A DNA stretch of 45,289 nucleotides from NCBI GenBank assembly GCA_050050475.1, contig JASFUC010000001.1, forward strand, positions 1 through 45,289, in the 5' to 3' direction. Positions 14,659 to 24,225 of the stretch are shown here, one piece after another. The DNA comes from Nitrosopumilaceae archaeon. Its GTDB lineage: Archaea > Thermoproteota > Nitrososphaeria > Nitrososphaerales > Nitrosopumilaceae. The translations under genes were made by a program, and so were the position numbers. Below the pieces are notes generated by a model, which was not told where the DNA came from, made no database searches, and worked only from the letters and a program-made list of their open reading frames with translations. Position 1 is the stretch's first letter. Each line of letters opens with the position of its first letter.

Positions 14659-15981
14659 TCAATTTAATGGAATTACACAGACTTGGACACATTGAAGGGT
14701 ACACATTTCTGAATCAGGCATATGTCTGCATGCAGATTCGCATTCATTGAAATTTCCATTCATAGTTGAGCATCGCTCCTCTGAAATTCCCTCACATTCA
14801 TTGAAATCTGGCAACCATGTTCCATTGTAATTTTGGCATTGCACATCTGGATTCATAATTTTGGGATTAGTATCTTCTACAAAATTACGGCCATCGCTAG
14901 TTCTGCATTGTCTTGGGTATGATTCCATAACTGGATTTCCAGCAACAACACAGTCTTCAAAACTATCGATTAAGGAACTCACTGTCCTATCACGGATTTC
15001 TTGTAGCTTGATAATTAGTTGAGTAATCTCAGGAATGGATTCTCTTGCCTCAAATTCAATCTTTTTTGTTTTTCCACCATATGAAATTTCAATCCACTCA
15101 ACGGGAGCATCAGCACAACCTGGACATCCAATTTTATCTGGCAAGGAATTAAATTTTTGAAAGTCAACAGCATCTACCAGTTCCTTCCATTCTTCTTGGG
15201 ATATTGGAACAGTTGTTGTTTTTTCAGGCAAGTCTACCCATGAATCTGAGACAAATTTACGTCCCGTTTGAGAGTAAACAATTTTTTCAGAAGTTAAGGT
15301 AAACTCTGTAAAACAGTATCCAAGACAAAAGCCTGAATTTGTTCCAGTTTTAATAATTGGCTGAATGGATCTTGAAGTGTCAAGTGATTTTGCCCATTCC
15401 CGTACGATTAATTTCTCTGCGGTATTAGGTTTTACACATGCTGGGGTAAGATTTTTGGATTTGATAATCAGGATGAGGTCATTTCTACACTGAGTTTCAT
15501 TTATTGGAACTCCTGAATTGAATTGTTTTAGCGGAGAATCAATGTTTGTCGCTTTGATCTTGGATACTAGAAATGTTACCCTATATTCCGATGGGTTGAT
15601 GGGACTGCTGCTAGATGGATATGGCTCAACTTCCATTATTTTAATGAAGTAACCATCAAAAGTCTGGGAATCAGCGTCCTTAACTGCTAAAGGTATGTTA
15701 TGATTTCCAAGATTTGTTTGACCGTTCACTAGATTTATCTCTGCTTTTACACTTCCTTCCCAAACACAAGTAACATCAATAGGGCATCGGGAATCTTCTT
15801 CAATACCAAGAAGGGTAATTACTAAATCAGAATCAATTGTTGCCATCTCATCTATACTGAGAACAAATGGCGTTTGTAAAGTAGCAGTTTGTGAATCACC
15901 AAATGCAGTAGGTTGGAAAACTAAGGATGCAATTACAACACCTATCGTCATTGAGATTTGAAATATATTTGAAAACGGCAA
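14659..15981 (-). CDS. Secreted Cys-rich multidomain protein with PACVKP two-Cys module
   Basis: Signal peptide (likely start ATG 15951). ETQCRNDLILIIKSKNLTPACVKPNTAEKLIVREW lies at ~15380-15500. The C-terminal ~90 aa contain 14 Cys. Confidence 0.75.
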   Translation of the reverse strand: MPFSNIFQISMTIGVVIASLVFQPTAFGDSQTATLQTPFVLSIDEMATIDSDLVITLLGIEEDSRCPIDVTCVWEGSVKAEINLVNGQTNLGNHNIPLAVKDADSQTFDGYFIKIMEVEPYPSSSSPINPSEYRVTFLVSKIKATNIDSPLKQFNSGVPINETQCRNDLILIIKSKNLTPACVKPNTAEKLIVREWAKSLDTSRSIQPIIKTGTNSGFCLGYCFTEFTLTSEKIVYSQTGRKFVSDSWVDLPEKTTTVPISQEEWKELVDAVDFQKFNSLPDKIGCPGCADAPVEWIEISYGGKTKKIEFEARESIPEITQLIIKLQEIRDRTVSSLIDSFEDCVVAGNPVMESYPRQCRTSDGRNFVEDTNPKIMNPDVQCQNYNGTWLPDFNECEGISEERCSTMNGNFNECESACRHMPDSEMCTLQCVQVCVIPLN

Positions 15982-16089
15982 ATTACTATTTAGCTATCTT
16001 TTCTAGATTATAACCTTTGATTAAAATCGAATTTTACCAAAAAAGGTCTAATCATTTAGATTTAATACCGCATGGTCTGAACTTTTTTT

Positions 16090-16503
16090 GTGTCTTCCAA
16101 AACAAAATATGTTGTTGGTGGAATAATAGGTGTAATAATTATTGTTGCCTTGTTTTTAATACCTGCAAATGAGTTTGGGATAAACTCAAATAAATCCGAA
16201 CCTCCCCCACCAATACTTGTATTGAGTAACAACCCTGATGATTTTGAAATTAATCCAATCAAATGTGAGAAAGAACTAGAAATTGTTGAATTTGAATTTA
16301 ATGTAAAGAATAACCTTGAGGAAGATTATAGACTAGAGATTCAACTAACATTAAAGGATGAAAATGAGCAAGACCTGTCCCAAGAAGCAAAACTGGTAGA
16401 GGTAGGTGCAGGAGACACGATACTTGTCACCCATCAGGCCCCATACAATTCTAAAATGGCAATGTGTGGGATCGAATTAGAAGATGTTGAAAAAATCAAG
16501 TAA
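16090..16503 (+). CDS. N-terminally anchored hypothetical protein
   Basis: GTG start, one TM helix (VVGGIIGVIIIVALFLI), then a soluble domain. Confidence 0.5.
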   Translation: MSSKTKYVVGGIIGVIIIVALFLIPANEFGINSNKSEPPPPILVLSNNPDDFEINPIKCEKELEIVEFEFNVKNNLEEDYRLEIQLTLKDENEQDLSQEAKLVEVGAGDTILVTHQAPYNSKMAMCGIELEDVEKIK

Positions 16504-16542
16504 AGGTTATTTTGATAAAACCCCTTTAGAATCGATTTTTCC

Positions 16543-16872
16543 CTACAGGGGTCCAGAAACAGTTGGTAAAAAGAAGCCCACTATTGTGGCCGATATCCAA
16601 ATTGCCACTGATATTACCAATGATTTCAGAAAGCCTATTTTGTATATGGAACTTAGTGCAATAAGCCATACAATTCCTGCAGCTATTGCGGCAATCCAAC
16701 CTGTTTCCAACAAATGGTACGAAACAGTGTAAACAATCGTACCTATGAGGGCAGTAAAAATCGCTGTTCCTACTCCCTTGCTTTCACCAAACAATTTTGT
16801 TACAAAATAAATGATTATTCCTGAAGTGAACAAGCCAAATAAAAATACTATTACAGTGTTTAACTCATTCAT
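16543..16872 (-). CDS. Small polytopic membrane protein
   Basis: 109 aa with three or four hydrophobic helices. Preferred over the overlapping plus-strand ORF 16484..16732. Confidence 0.55.
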   Translation of the reverse strand: MNELNTVIVFLFGLFTSGIIIYFVTKLFGESKGVGTAIFTALIGTIVYTVSYHLLETGWIAAIAAGIVWLIALSSIYKIGFLKSLVISVAIWISATIVGFFLPTVSGPL

Positions 16873-16972
16873 TTTAATTCATTCTGATTAATTTAACATG
16901 CTTGATTTTTTTAGACGTTATAAGTTTAAACAGTTTTTTGTTTTATTCTTAACAAAAGTGAATTCCTCAAAT

Positions 16973-17368
16973 TTACTCTATGTTTTTATCTTGAATATTT
17001 CTCCAATATCTTTCCAACATTTCAAGGACTTCAAGATACAGCTTTGTTTGAGAATCAGAAACATTTACACAATATTGGGAAATTGATTTAGTTGCTTTTT
17101 TAAAATCAGATTCCCGAATGGATTCAGACCACATCTCTAAGAATTGCTGTAGATCGAATTCTGCTTTTTTTGAATTATTATCCCATGCTTTCTTAAAATT
17201 AGCAGCAAATTCTGAATTTGATTCTAAGGCTTTTTTCCAAATAAGAAAAATATTGATGGGAGAATCATCATAAATTTGGTGCCAAAAATCATAGCTTTTT
17301 TTCATATTTTCAAAAAAATAATTTTTATAAAATTCATCGGCTGCAGAAATATGTTGATTTTCCCCCAC
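16973..17368 (-). CDS. Hypothetical helical protein
   Basis: 131-aa ORF with a Trp/Lys/Glu-rich helical pattern and no recognised motif. Confidence 0.45.
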   Translation of the reverse strand: MGENQHISAADEFYKNYFFENMKKSYDFWHQIYDDSPINIFLIWKKALESNSEFAANFKKAWDNNSKKAEFDLQQFLEMWSESIRESDFKKATKSISQYCVNVSDSQTKLYLEVLEMLERYWRNIQDKNIE

Positions 17369-17450
17369 TTTAAATCGTTTATTATATCACTCCAAAACAA
17401 TTAAGTTTTGCATACGGCGTTTTAGATATTTTTCTGAAAAATTTACAATA

Positions 17451-17837
17451 TTATTTTGAATCGTTAATTACACCAACTAATTTTCCTTCAATCTCTTTTC
17501 CCATGGATTCCAACTCTGTATTTGAGGCAACAGAAAGCAATGAAGTAGGCTTGGCCAGGCTAATATAATTTCCCCCACTTTTTTCATATACTGCAATTGT
17601 GCATGGGAGTAACAATCCAAGTTCTGGATCAGAATCAAGTGCTTGTTTGGCAGCTTGGGGATTACATACCTCTAACAACTTGTAGTCATGGGGATAATTT
17701 ATCCCCTTTTTTCCAAAAATTTCTTTAAAGTCCAGCATTCCAAGAACGCCAAATTTTATTTCTGAAAGTTTTGTTTTGATATCCTCAATTACCTCATCTA
17801 TATTTTTTTGAGTTTTGACAGTGTAAGAGAAGTTCAT
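17451..17837 (-). CDS. DUF302-family protein
   Basis: FGVLGMLDFKEIFGKKGINYPHDYKLLEVCNPQAAKQAL...LLLPCTIAVYE matches the DUF302 pattern. Confidence 0.8.
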   Translation of the reverse strand: MNFSYTVKTQKNIDEVIEDIKTKLSEIKFGVLGMLDFKEIFGKKGINYPHDYKLLEVCNPQAAKQALDSDPELGLLLPCTIAVYEKSGGNYISLAKPTSLLSVASNTELESMGKEIEGKLVGVINDSK

Positions 17838-17884
17838 AAACTAACTTTGCCCATACATAATTTAATGTTAATTCTAACTTTTCT

Positions 17885-17920
17885 TGCCAAATTTCCCTCA
17901 CAAATCAAGAAAATTTGGCA
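17885..17920. promoter_or_regulatory. Perfect 10-bp inverted repeat tgccaaattt-N16-aaatttggca upstream of the DUF302 gene
   Basis: Read directly, 48 nt upstream of the start codon at 17837. Confidence 0.4.
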
Positions 17921-18232
17921 TCATCTGTTCTATGTTTTTAACCAATTTAGTATAAATCCCGGAATTAAAGCGATTCTTTGCCGTTACAAGGTTTGTAGGC
18001 AAAACCTAGTTGGTGTAGTCCATACGGAAAGAAAAACCTTCAAGATTTTATGATCCAACATAACATAAAAAATTAATTGATACTAGGGACAACCAATGTG
18101 TTTTAAAATCCGTCTCAATTAATTTTTACATGATACAACTTTCTCTTGGTATTAGCAAAAATACAAACCAATGAAAGTGGTGTAAACAAAAGTTACGACA
18201 AATGTATATACTATACACAAAAAAATATCAAT

Positions 18233-18373
18233 ATGTCATCACTAATTCTCAAATGTCCACATTGTGAATACACCTTTGAATCTCCCTTTCAATCAACTGA
18301 CAAAATTCAAGGTATAAACACACCATGCCCAAAATGTGCTAATTCATTTGAAATTGAGAGTAATCAGAATTAA
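18233..18373 (+). CDS. 46-aa zinc-ribbon micro-protein
   Basis: MSSLILKCPHCEYTFESPFQSTDKIQGINTPCPKCANSFEIESNQN. Confidence 0.55.
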   Translation: MSSLILKCPHCEYTFESPFQSTDKIQGINTPCPKCANSFEIESNQN

Positions 18374-18574
18374 TGTTTTAAAATTATAAAAAATCAAGAC
18401 CTACATGAAAAACTACACAAACGAAGTGAGCTTACCCAAATTCAAAACTACTTTGAGTCAATTAAGAATAAATTTTTGTAATCAAAATTGTAAAAACGGT
18501 GTGTCTTGATTCCTCTTTTGTTTGTTCAAAGCCGTAAACTAATTAATTTAAGCAAGAAAAATTGGGAAGAGTTT

Positions 18575-18718
18575 ATGGGTAAAAGAGTAACCATAGTTCT
18601 TGAGAACAAAGTAGATGAGAAACTACACAAAATACAGGAAGAATTTATCAAAGAATACAAAGAGCCAATAAGTTTTTCAAAGGTGCTAAATGAAATTCTT
18701 CATAAGGGTTTATTGTAA
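18575..18718 (+). CDS. 47-aa ribbon-helix-helix micro-protein
   Basis: MGKRVTIVLENKVDEKLHKIQEEFIKEYKEPISFSKVLNEILHKGLL. Paralog of 13886..14032. The track ORF starts at 18506. Confidence 0.6.
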   Translation: MGKRVTIVLENKVDEKLHKIQEEFIKEYKEPISFSKVLNEILHKGLL

Positions 18719-18946
18719 CATCATTTCCTAACACAAGAATTTCTAGCCTTGATTTTAAAAATTACAAGTAAAAATCACATATTACAAATGATCTGCTTTA
18801 AGTAAAGTTTGGTTCTACTAAGTTATGAATATCATGAATGTCGTAAACCAACCCATTGAATATCGAGACATTATCTGGTTTATGAGATGCCGAGGCCTAA
18901 TTAAGGACCAATCAAAAAAATTCCAAAAGATGTTGGAGGCATATAG

Positions 18947-19144
18947 GTGAAATTTATGGAACATCAAAAACAAACAACATCAATGGAGCTTTTACAAGAA
19001 GCACAGGATTTAGGACTGCTTGATTTAGAATCCACTATTTTGTGTTCTAATTGCCATGCTACTTTTCCAAAAGAATATGCAACCTGTCCAAGCTGTAAAA
19101 ATTGTATATTTATCCAGGATTTAAAAATAGAATTCGAAATTTAA
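18947..19144 (+). CDS. Small zinc-ribbon protein
   Basis: CSNCHATFPKEYATCPSCKNC. Start is GTG 18947 or ATG 18956. Confidence 0.5.
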   Translation: MKFMEHQKQTTSMELLQEAQDLGLLDLESTILCSNCHATFPKEYATCPSCKNCIFIQDLKIEFEI

Positions 19145-19177
19145 GACAGAATTCCAGTATCTACTGCTAATCAACTT

Positions 19178-19987
19178 TCAAATTAGAAACTCATTTAATA
19201 ATTTAAACACTTGATCAGGCTTTTCAGCAAAGGGTGCATGTCCTGCGTCTGCAATTATTTCAAGTCTGGAATCATCAATACTCTCTTTAAAAAATTTAGA
19301 GTGTTCTATTGGAATTACTTTATCATGAACTCCCCAGAGAATTAAGGTGGGTACGGGATTAATTTTTTTTAATCTGTTTAATCCAATCTGAGTAGTTACA
19401 CTTTTTACGAAAGTTGATTCGAATGCGTATTTGGCATTTGGCAAATTCATCCGTCGGATAAATCCATCAACTAATTGCTTTGGAATTCTTTTTGGATCTG
19501 CAACCATTTTTTCAAAAGCTTTTCTTACATTGTCTTGCGTGGGATTCATTGCAGCTTCAAAATATTCTTCAAGAGCCGGAGTTGGGGTTTCTAGCATTCC
19601 AGATGAGTCAATTAAAACAAGTTTTTGAATATAATTTTGGTTTTGAATTGCCACTTCTGAGGCAATGTATCCACCTAAGGAATGCCCAATCAAACTTATT
19701 TTCTCTTTTTGAATTGAAATTTCATTCAGAAAAGATACGGTAATTTTCCTGAATTGGTCAATTGTATAATCCATTTTTTTTGGTTTTTCACTTTCTCCAA
19801 ATCCTGGCAGGTCAATGGCAATAGAGTGAAATTCTGAAGATAATCCCTCAGGAATCTTCATCCATCTATCTGCTGCAGAACCTAATCCATGAATAAATAA
19901 AAGATGTTTTTCATTCCCTTTTCCGAATTCAAGATACCTTATATTAAAGCCATCTAGGTTTATCCAGCATTCGTCCAATGATGGCAT
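19178..19987 (-). CDS. Alpha/beta-fold hydrolase
   Basis: HGLGS oxyanion region, GHSLGG nucleophile elbow, and C-terminal D...H (HDKVIP, AGHAPFAEKP). Confidence 0.85.
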   Translation of the reverse strand: MPSLDECWINLDGFNIRYLEFGKGNEKHLLFIHGLGSAADRWMKIPEGLSSEFHSIAIDLPGFGESEKPKKMDYTIDQFRKITVSFLNEISIQKEKISLIGHSLGGYIASEVAIQNQNYIQKLVLIDSSGMLETPTPALEEYFEAAMNPTQDNVRKAFEKMVADPKRIPKQLVDGFIRRMNLPNAKYAFESTFVKSVTTQIGLNRLKKINPVPTLILWGVHDKVIPIEHSKFFKESIDDSRLEIIADAGHAPFAEKPDQVFKLLNEFLI

Positions 19988-20062
19988 AAATCGAATCTAC
20001 CTTTTATTGTTAAATTTTTCATATTCACAAAAAATAATTAGATATGCTACAATATTCAAGAA

Positions 20063-20170
20063 ATGACTAGTTTCAATAAAGAAAAATTACAAAAAAATCG
20101 AAAATCTAAAAACTGTGATTGTTATGACTGCACTCATTTAGGGCACAAGAATTGTGGTTGCTGCCAATAG
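20063..20170 (+). CDS. 35-aa Cys-rich micro-peptide (6 Cys)
   Basis: MTSFNKEKLQKNRKSKNCDCYDCTHLGHKNCGCCQ. Confidence 0.45.
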   Translation: MTSFNKEKLQKNRKSKNCDCYDCTHLGHKNCGCCQ

Positions 20171-20259
20171 ATTATTTTCATTATTCACAAAAATGATTCT
20201 GCATTCCCAGCAACAAAAACTATTCTTGTCTTTATATAACCATCAATGTATCATAATGT

Positions 20260-20397
20260 ATGGTTCAACTACAAATTTCAAGTGAAACAATGGATAGAAT
20301 GAAGAAGATAATTGGAACAAATACGATGCATGACGGAGACTTTATGGTCAATGAAATGATTGACAAGTTTGAAAAGAAGATTCACGAACTAAGTTAA
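20260..20397 (+). CDS. 45-aa RHH-like micro-protein
   Basis: MVQLQISSETMDRMKKIIGTNTMHDGDFMVNEMIDKFEKKIHELS shows a beta-strand plus two-helix pattern. Confidence 0.35.
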   Translation: MVQLQISSETMDRMKKIIGTNTMHDGDFMVNEMIDKFEKKIHELS

Positions 20398-20440
20398 TCT
20401 GGCAAATTCATATACTTCTATTTTGATTTAACAGTCAGAA

Positions 20441-20875
20441 TTGTTCAAAAATATCGCTGTGGCTATAATTACTCCTACCCACACGAAAAAATCTTTTGAA
20501 ATGGGCTTGGGACTAGCAAAAAACCTTGGTGCCGATTTATCTGTAATAGAATGTGTTTACAAAATTCCTCCAAAATTTTATTTTTTTGAAACAAAATCCG
20601 ACAAAAAAATCACAGAAAACCAAATTAAGAAAATCAAAGACGAGTTGAAAAAATGGAAGGAATTAGCATTAAATGAAGGCCTGAGGATTAATACAAAATT
20701 TGCTTTGACCGATTCCATTGCTCATTGGGTTATTGACTATGTAAAAGAACACAAAATTGATTTGTTAGTGGTTGATTATCCTAACCTTTCAATGATCGAG
20801 GCAAACCATCATGATGATATCATAAACCAAATTCATCACAAGGCGCACTGCCACGTTCTAACCATGAAGCATTAA
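20441..20875 (+). CDS. Universal stress protein (UspA) family
   Basis: TTG start. NIAVAI...LSVIECV...IDLLVVDYPN...HCHVLTMK matches the Usp topology. Confidence 0.65.
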   Translation: MFKNIAVAIITPTHTKKSFEMGLGLAKNLGADLSVIECVYKIPPKFYFFETKSDKKITENQIKKIKDELKKWKELALNEGLRINTKFALTDSIAHWVIDYVKEHKIDLLVVDYPNLSMIEANHHDDIINQIHHKAHCHVLTMKH

Positions 20876-20980
20876 TTTCCACAGCTCTCAAGCAATAATC
20901 TCAAATTTGTCTTTTTTCTGAATATTCAGAATTGAATTCAGTAAATCGATTCAAATGTAAAATTTTTCTTCAGATTTAGA

Positions 20981-21082
20981 TTATTTTTCATCTTTTAGAC
21001 ATTTGCAACCACAAGAAAACATTCCTGCTTTTCCCATACATTGATCGTGGTGTTCATTGTAACACTTGTTGCAAATAAGCAT
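20981..21082 (-). CDS. 33-aa Cys-rich micro-peptide
   Basis: MLICNKCYNEHHDQCMGKAGMFSCGCKCLKDEK. Its ATG shares 1 nt with the upstream stop (TGATG). Confidence 0.45.
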   Translation of the reverse strand: MLICNKCYNEHHDQCMGKAGMFSCGCKCLKDEK

Positions 21083-21189
21083 CAGGCTGTACCTTTCATT
21101 TTATGTTCTTTCTCATGCTTGATGACCTTTCCAAATGAATCCATATCTCCATGCCATTGAAATTTACACTTTGGGCATTTGTAGTTCAT
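21082..21189 (-). CDS. 35-aa C2H2-type zinc-finger micro-protein
   Basis: MNYKCPKCKFQWHGDMDSFGKVIKHEKEHKMKGTA. Its ATG overlaps the upstream stop (ATGA). Confidence 0.5.
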   Translation of the reverse strand: MNYKCPKCKFQWHGDMDSFGKVIKHEKEHKMKGTA

Positions 21190-21389
21190 GGTTTTACTCC
21201 CTGGGATGAACACTCACCACATAATATCTGAAGGTTTGTCTTTGCATTATTTGCAATATTTCCATCGGCATATCCAAAATTAGGCAAGTTTGCAACATTG
21301 AATTTTATTCCACATTTTTGGCATTTGTGCTTTTGATTAGATAAAACAATTTGTTTATGAATATTACTAAATTCTTTTTTTTGTATCAT
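21186..21389 (-). CDS. Small zinc-binding protein, degenerate HNH-like
   Basis: HKCQKCG...NLQILCGEC spacing resembles an HNH zinc scaffold, but the catalytic His is not evident. Confidence 0.5.
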   Translation of the reverse strand: MIQKKEFSNIHKQIVLSNQKHKCQKCGIKFNVANLPNFGYADGNIANNAKTNLQILCGECSSQGVKP

Positions 21390-21468
21390 AATATCACCTC
21401 TTTTGAGAGTATAATATGATTCTGTTCTTCTGAAATAATTTTCATTTCAGTTTTCAACAAGTGTGATT

Positions 21469-21717
21469 TCATATTGCAATCATCACAATATTACTTCCCC
21501 GCAGTAGGGTTTCTTGGAATTTTTCATTTCCTTCTTCTGATGTTATATTGCCATCTTTTAAAATCAAATTCAAATGTTGATCAAAATTTTTTAATTTCCC
21601 GTGTACTGTAATATGGTTTTTTAATCTAATGAAGAGGTCTTTTCCAACATTTTCCTGCAAAATTTTGTCGATTTCAGAAATATTTTGAATATTTTCATTT
21701 CTAGAAATAATCAACAC
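21469..21717 (-). CDS. Sm-like (LSm) archaeal protein
   Basis: Sm1/Sm2-like LFIRLKNHITVHGKLKNFDQHLNLILKD ... LLRGSNIVMI. Non-ATG start. Confidence 0.75.
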   Translation of the reverse strand: MLIISRNENIQNISEIDKILQENVGKDLFIRLKNHITVHGKLKNFDQHLNLILKDGNITSEEGNEKFQETLLRGSNIVMIAI

Positions 21718-21834
21718 TATCCAAGATAATCTTAGATTGGGTTACGCTTGCACTGGCCAAGTTAAAAAAAATCATCTATTACAATTTACTTTATCAGTGT
21801 ATTAAGTCCTTGTAAAATTGAAAATCATTTTAGA

Positions 21835-21990
21835 CTATTCTTTGTAATGAACCAATAATGACTTTGGTGAAACTGGAAGAACAGCTACTATGTTTTCCCC
21901 TTTTTGGGCAAGAAAATCATTTACTACCTCTTGAAGATACTTGCCTTGGGGTATCTGCTCTGCTTCAAAATATTGTATTTTATGTATCAT
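21835..21990 (-). CDS. 51-aa hypothetical micro-protein downstream of tfb
   Basis: MIHKIQYFEAEQIPQGKYLQEVVNDFLAQKGENIVAVLPVSPKSLLVHYKE. Confidence 0.3.
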   Translation of the reverse strand: MIHKIQYFEAEQIPQGKYLQEVVNDFLAQKGENIVAVLPVSPKSLLVHYKE

Positions 21991-22012
21991 AAATGAATGG
22001 AAATTTTTGCAG

Positions 22013-22918
22013 TTATATTTTGATGTGTTTTAATCCCTTGTAGCGATTTCTTATGGTAACTTCGGTAACTCCTGCAGCTTCTGCTAGATCATGTTGAGTA
22101 ATAGATACTCCATTATGTACACATGATAGGTAAAGGGCAGTTGCAGCAAGACCCATTGGTGATTTTCCAGCAGATTCTTCGTTTTCTTGTGCTTTTTGAA
22201 GAACTTTGATGGCATATCGTTTGGTTTTTTCAGATAATTCTAGTTTGCTTGATATTTTTGCAATACATTGAATTGAATCAACAACAGGCATTTTCAAATC
22301 TAGTTCTCGATACAAAAGTCTGTAGCACCTTGCAATGTCTTTTCTTTTTACATTGGCAGCATCTGAAACATCCTTGAGAGTTCTTGGAGTGTCAGTATCT
22401 CTGCATGCAGCATATAGAGACGCGGCAATCATTCCAGAAATTGATCTTCCTCTGACAAGCTTCTTCTCTAATCCTTTTCTGTAGATGTATGCTGCTTTTT
22501 CTATAACATTTGAAGAAATTGTAATCTTGTCTTTTAGCCTATTTAGTTCACTTAGAGCCTCTCTGAGATTCCTATCTGAAGTATTTTGAACCTGGCTCCT
22601 GCTATCCCAGGTTCTGAGTCGCTCTATTGTACTCTTCATTGATGATGAAAGTGGTTTTCCTGATGCATCTTTGTTAAATGGATTAATTACGGTTGCAAGT
22701 CCTCTGTCATGGATGGCAAGTGAACTTGGAGCGCCAGTCCTTGTAGGGTCGGGCCCTCCGTCTTTTCGAAAGGATCGCCATTCGGCACCGGTATCTTGAG
22801 ATTTTTCAGAAATAACATATCCGCATTTTGAGCAAAACTGTTCTCCTGTAACATCATCCGTCATCAAACAATTTTTTCCACAACGCATACAGGTAAAATT
22901 TTGCTTAGAAATTACCAT
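22013..22918 (-). CDS. tfb: Transcription initiation factor B (TFIIB homolog)
   Basis: N-terminal Zn ribbon CMRCGKNC...CSKCG, B-reader/linker, then two cyclin-fold repeats. Confidence 0.95.
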   Translation of the reverse strand: MVISKQNFTCMRCGKNCLMTDDVTGEQFCSKCGYVISEKSQDTGAEWRSFRKDGGPDPTRTGAPSSLAIHDRGLATVINPFNKDASGKPLSSSMKSTIERLRTWDSRSQVQNTSDRNLREALSELNRLKDKITISSNVIEKAAYIYRKGLEKKLVRGRSISGMIAASLYAACRDTDTPRTLKDVSDAANVKRKDIARCYRLLYRELDLKMPVVDSIQCIAKISSKLELSEKTKRYAIKVLQKAQENEESAGKSPMGLAATALYLSCVHNGVSITQHDLAEAAGVTEVTIRNRYKGLKHIKI

Positions 22919-22953
22919 GAAAACTGACCTGGAATTTTTTTAGTCAAAGAACC

Positions 22954-23232
22954 TTACCAAGTCCTTTTCATTGGAATTTCAATGGTTGACACGTTTCTTT
23001 TTTTGCCGTCAGTTGACTCTAAAACTTCATGATCAATTTTTATTTTTCCTATCTCAAATGCATTTGTTTTTCTTTGAATTACTTGAGCTACGTCTACTGC
23101 CATTGCGATGCTATAACCACGCGCCTTTAGAGTAACTATGGGCATTGTAGATAATTGAATTATTGCAGAAGTAACATAGGTCATCAGAGGCTTCTTTCCA
23201 ATGAAAATTGTATCTCTTGTACCGTTTAACAT
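22954..23232 (-). CDS. albA: Alba DNA/RNA-binding chromatin protein
   Basis: IFIGKKPLMTYVTSAIIQL...VTLKARGYSIAMAVDVAQVIQRK. Confidence 0.9.
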   Translation of the reverse strand: MLNGTRDTIFIGKKPLMTYVTSAIIQLSTMPIVTLKARGYSIAMAVDVAQVIQRKTNAFEIGKIKIDHEVLESTDGKKRNVSTIEIPMKRTW

Positions 23233-23253
23233 ACAAAGTTAGTTCTAATGGCT

Positions 23254-23262
23254 AATTTAAAC
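23254..23262 (-). promoter_or_regulatory. Candidate TATA box (GTTTAAATT on the minus strand) for the Alba gene
   Basis: An AT-rich box ends 21 nt upstream of the ATG. This fits an archaeal short-leader or leaderless promoter. Confidence 0.35.
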
Positions 23263-23363
23263 GGGGTTATGGGTTTCTAGTCATAAATACCTGAAAATAA
23301 AAAAAGAGGTCATCAGAATATCTCTGAGATAATTAAGTTCAAAATCAATTAAACGAAACTAGC

Positions 23364-23501
23364 TTAAAATCTTCTACTACGATGTTTTGGTAAACACTCA
23401 CGACAATATACTGGTCTTCCTTCTTTTGGTTCAAAAGGAACTTCAGAATCTTTGCCGCAATCTGCGCATGTACATTTGTACATTTTTCTGTCTTCTGACA
23501 T
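23364..23501 (-). CDS. 45-aa CxxC-x17-CxxC zinc-ribbon protein
   Basis: MSEDRKMYKCTCADCGKDSEVPFEPKEGRPVYCRECLPKHRSRRF. The VPF.P...RPVYC..C pattern is recalled from a conserved family. Confidence 0.6.
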   Translation of the reverse strand: MSEDRKMYKCTCADCGKDSEVPFEPKEGRPVYCRECLPKHRSRRF

Positions 23502-23742
23502 AATTCACTCGTATTTCCTTGCTATAAGAACGATTGGTATTTTTCTCAAAAAGTATCAATGGTTCGTTCTGTTCAAATACTAGTGCAAAAGATAAGGATA
23601 TGCGAAATAAAAAAGTTGGATTAGCGTTTGGTATCCCGTTTTTACTCCTAGTTGTAATTATTGCAACTGATGTGGTTTAGCTTGATTTGTATCTGACAAA
23701 TTAGAATTTTTAAGATCATTTACCAAATAATTTAAAAAAACA

Positions 23743-24108
23743 TCAACAAGTAACGGATGTCAAAATATTGTTCTGATTAATGGGCTTTGTTACACAAACC
23801 TGAAGGCTTTCTTTTTGTAACAGTTGAGGAATTTCACCATCGGTAAAGGAGTTTGCAGAAAAAATAATCATTTTTTGATTTTCTAATCTTTCTTCGACTC
23901 CTAACGAGTGGATAATGTTAATTCCACTAAAACCACGCATGGAAATATCTAATAGAACTGTATCATAACCCCCTCTCCTGATTTTTTTCAAAGCATCTAT
24001 TGGATCACTTGTAATGTTGTTTTCTATTCCTTCGGAATTAAGATATGTGGAGATGTGATGAGCGGTTTCTGGATTGTCATCGATAATGAGGACTTCCACA
24101 AAATTCAA
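23743..24108 (-). CDS. Stand-alone response-regulator receiver (CheY-like) protein
   Basis: VLIIDDNPE...DTVLLDISMRGFSG...TKP provides the phospho-acceptor Asp and conserved Lys context. Confidence 0.85.
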   Translation of the reverse strand: MNFVEVLIIDDNPETAHHISTYLNSEGIENNITSDPIDALKKIRRGGYDTVLLDISMRGFSGINIIHSLGVEERLENQKMIIFSANSFTDGEIPQLLQKESLQVCVTKPINQNNILTSVTC

Positions 24109-24225
24109 TCTAATTTATGATATATAGGAAAATGTGTGTTTTAGTAGTTACATAATACCATTGAATCAAGTCTGAAGAAAATCTAACTAACATGATTCTA
24201 AATATTATATTTTCTTTGATAAATT

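Noticed and set aside
16484-16732. Plus-strand 82-aa ORF overlapping the membrane-protein gene
   Set aside because: The minus-strand 109-aa ORF gives a coherent multi-TM protein, while the plus-strand product looks like its antisense shadow.
21186-21389. Gene downstream of LSm considered as ribosomal protein L37e (a conserved LSm-L37e pairing in archaea)
   Set aside because: The sequence lacks the basic L37e pattern (GT.S.GKR...CRRCG). It looks like an HNH-like zinc scaffold instead.
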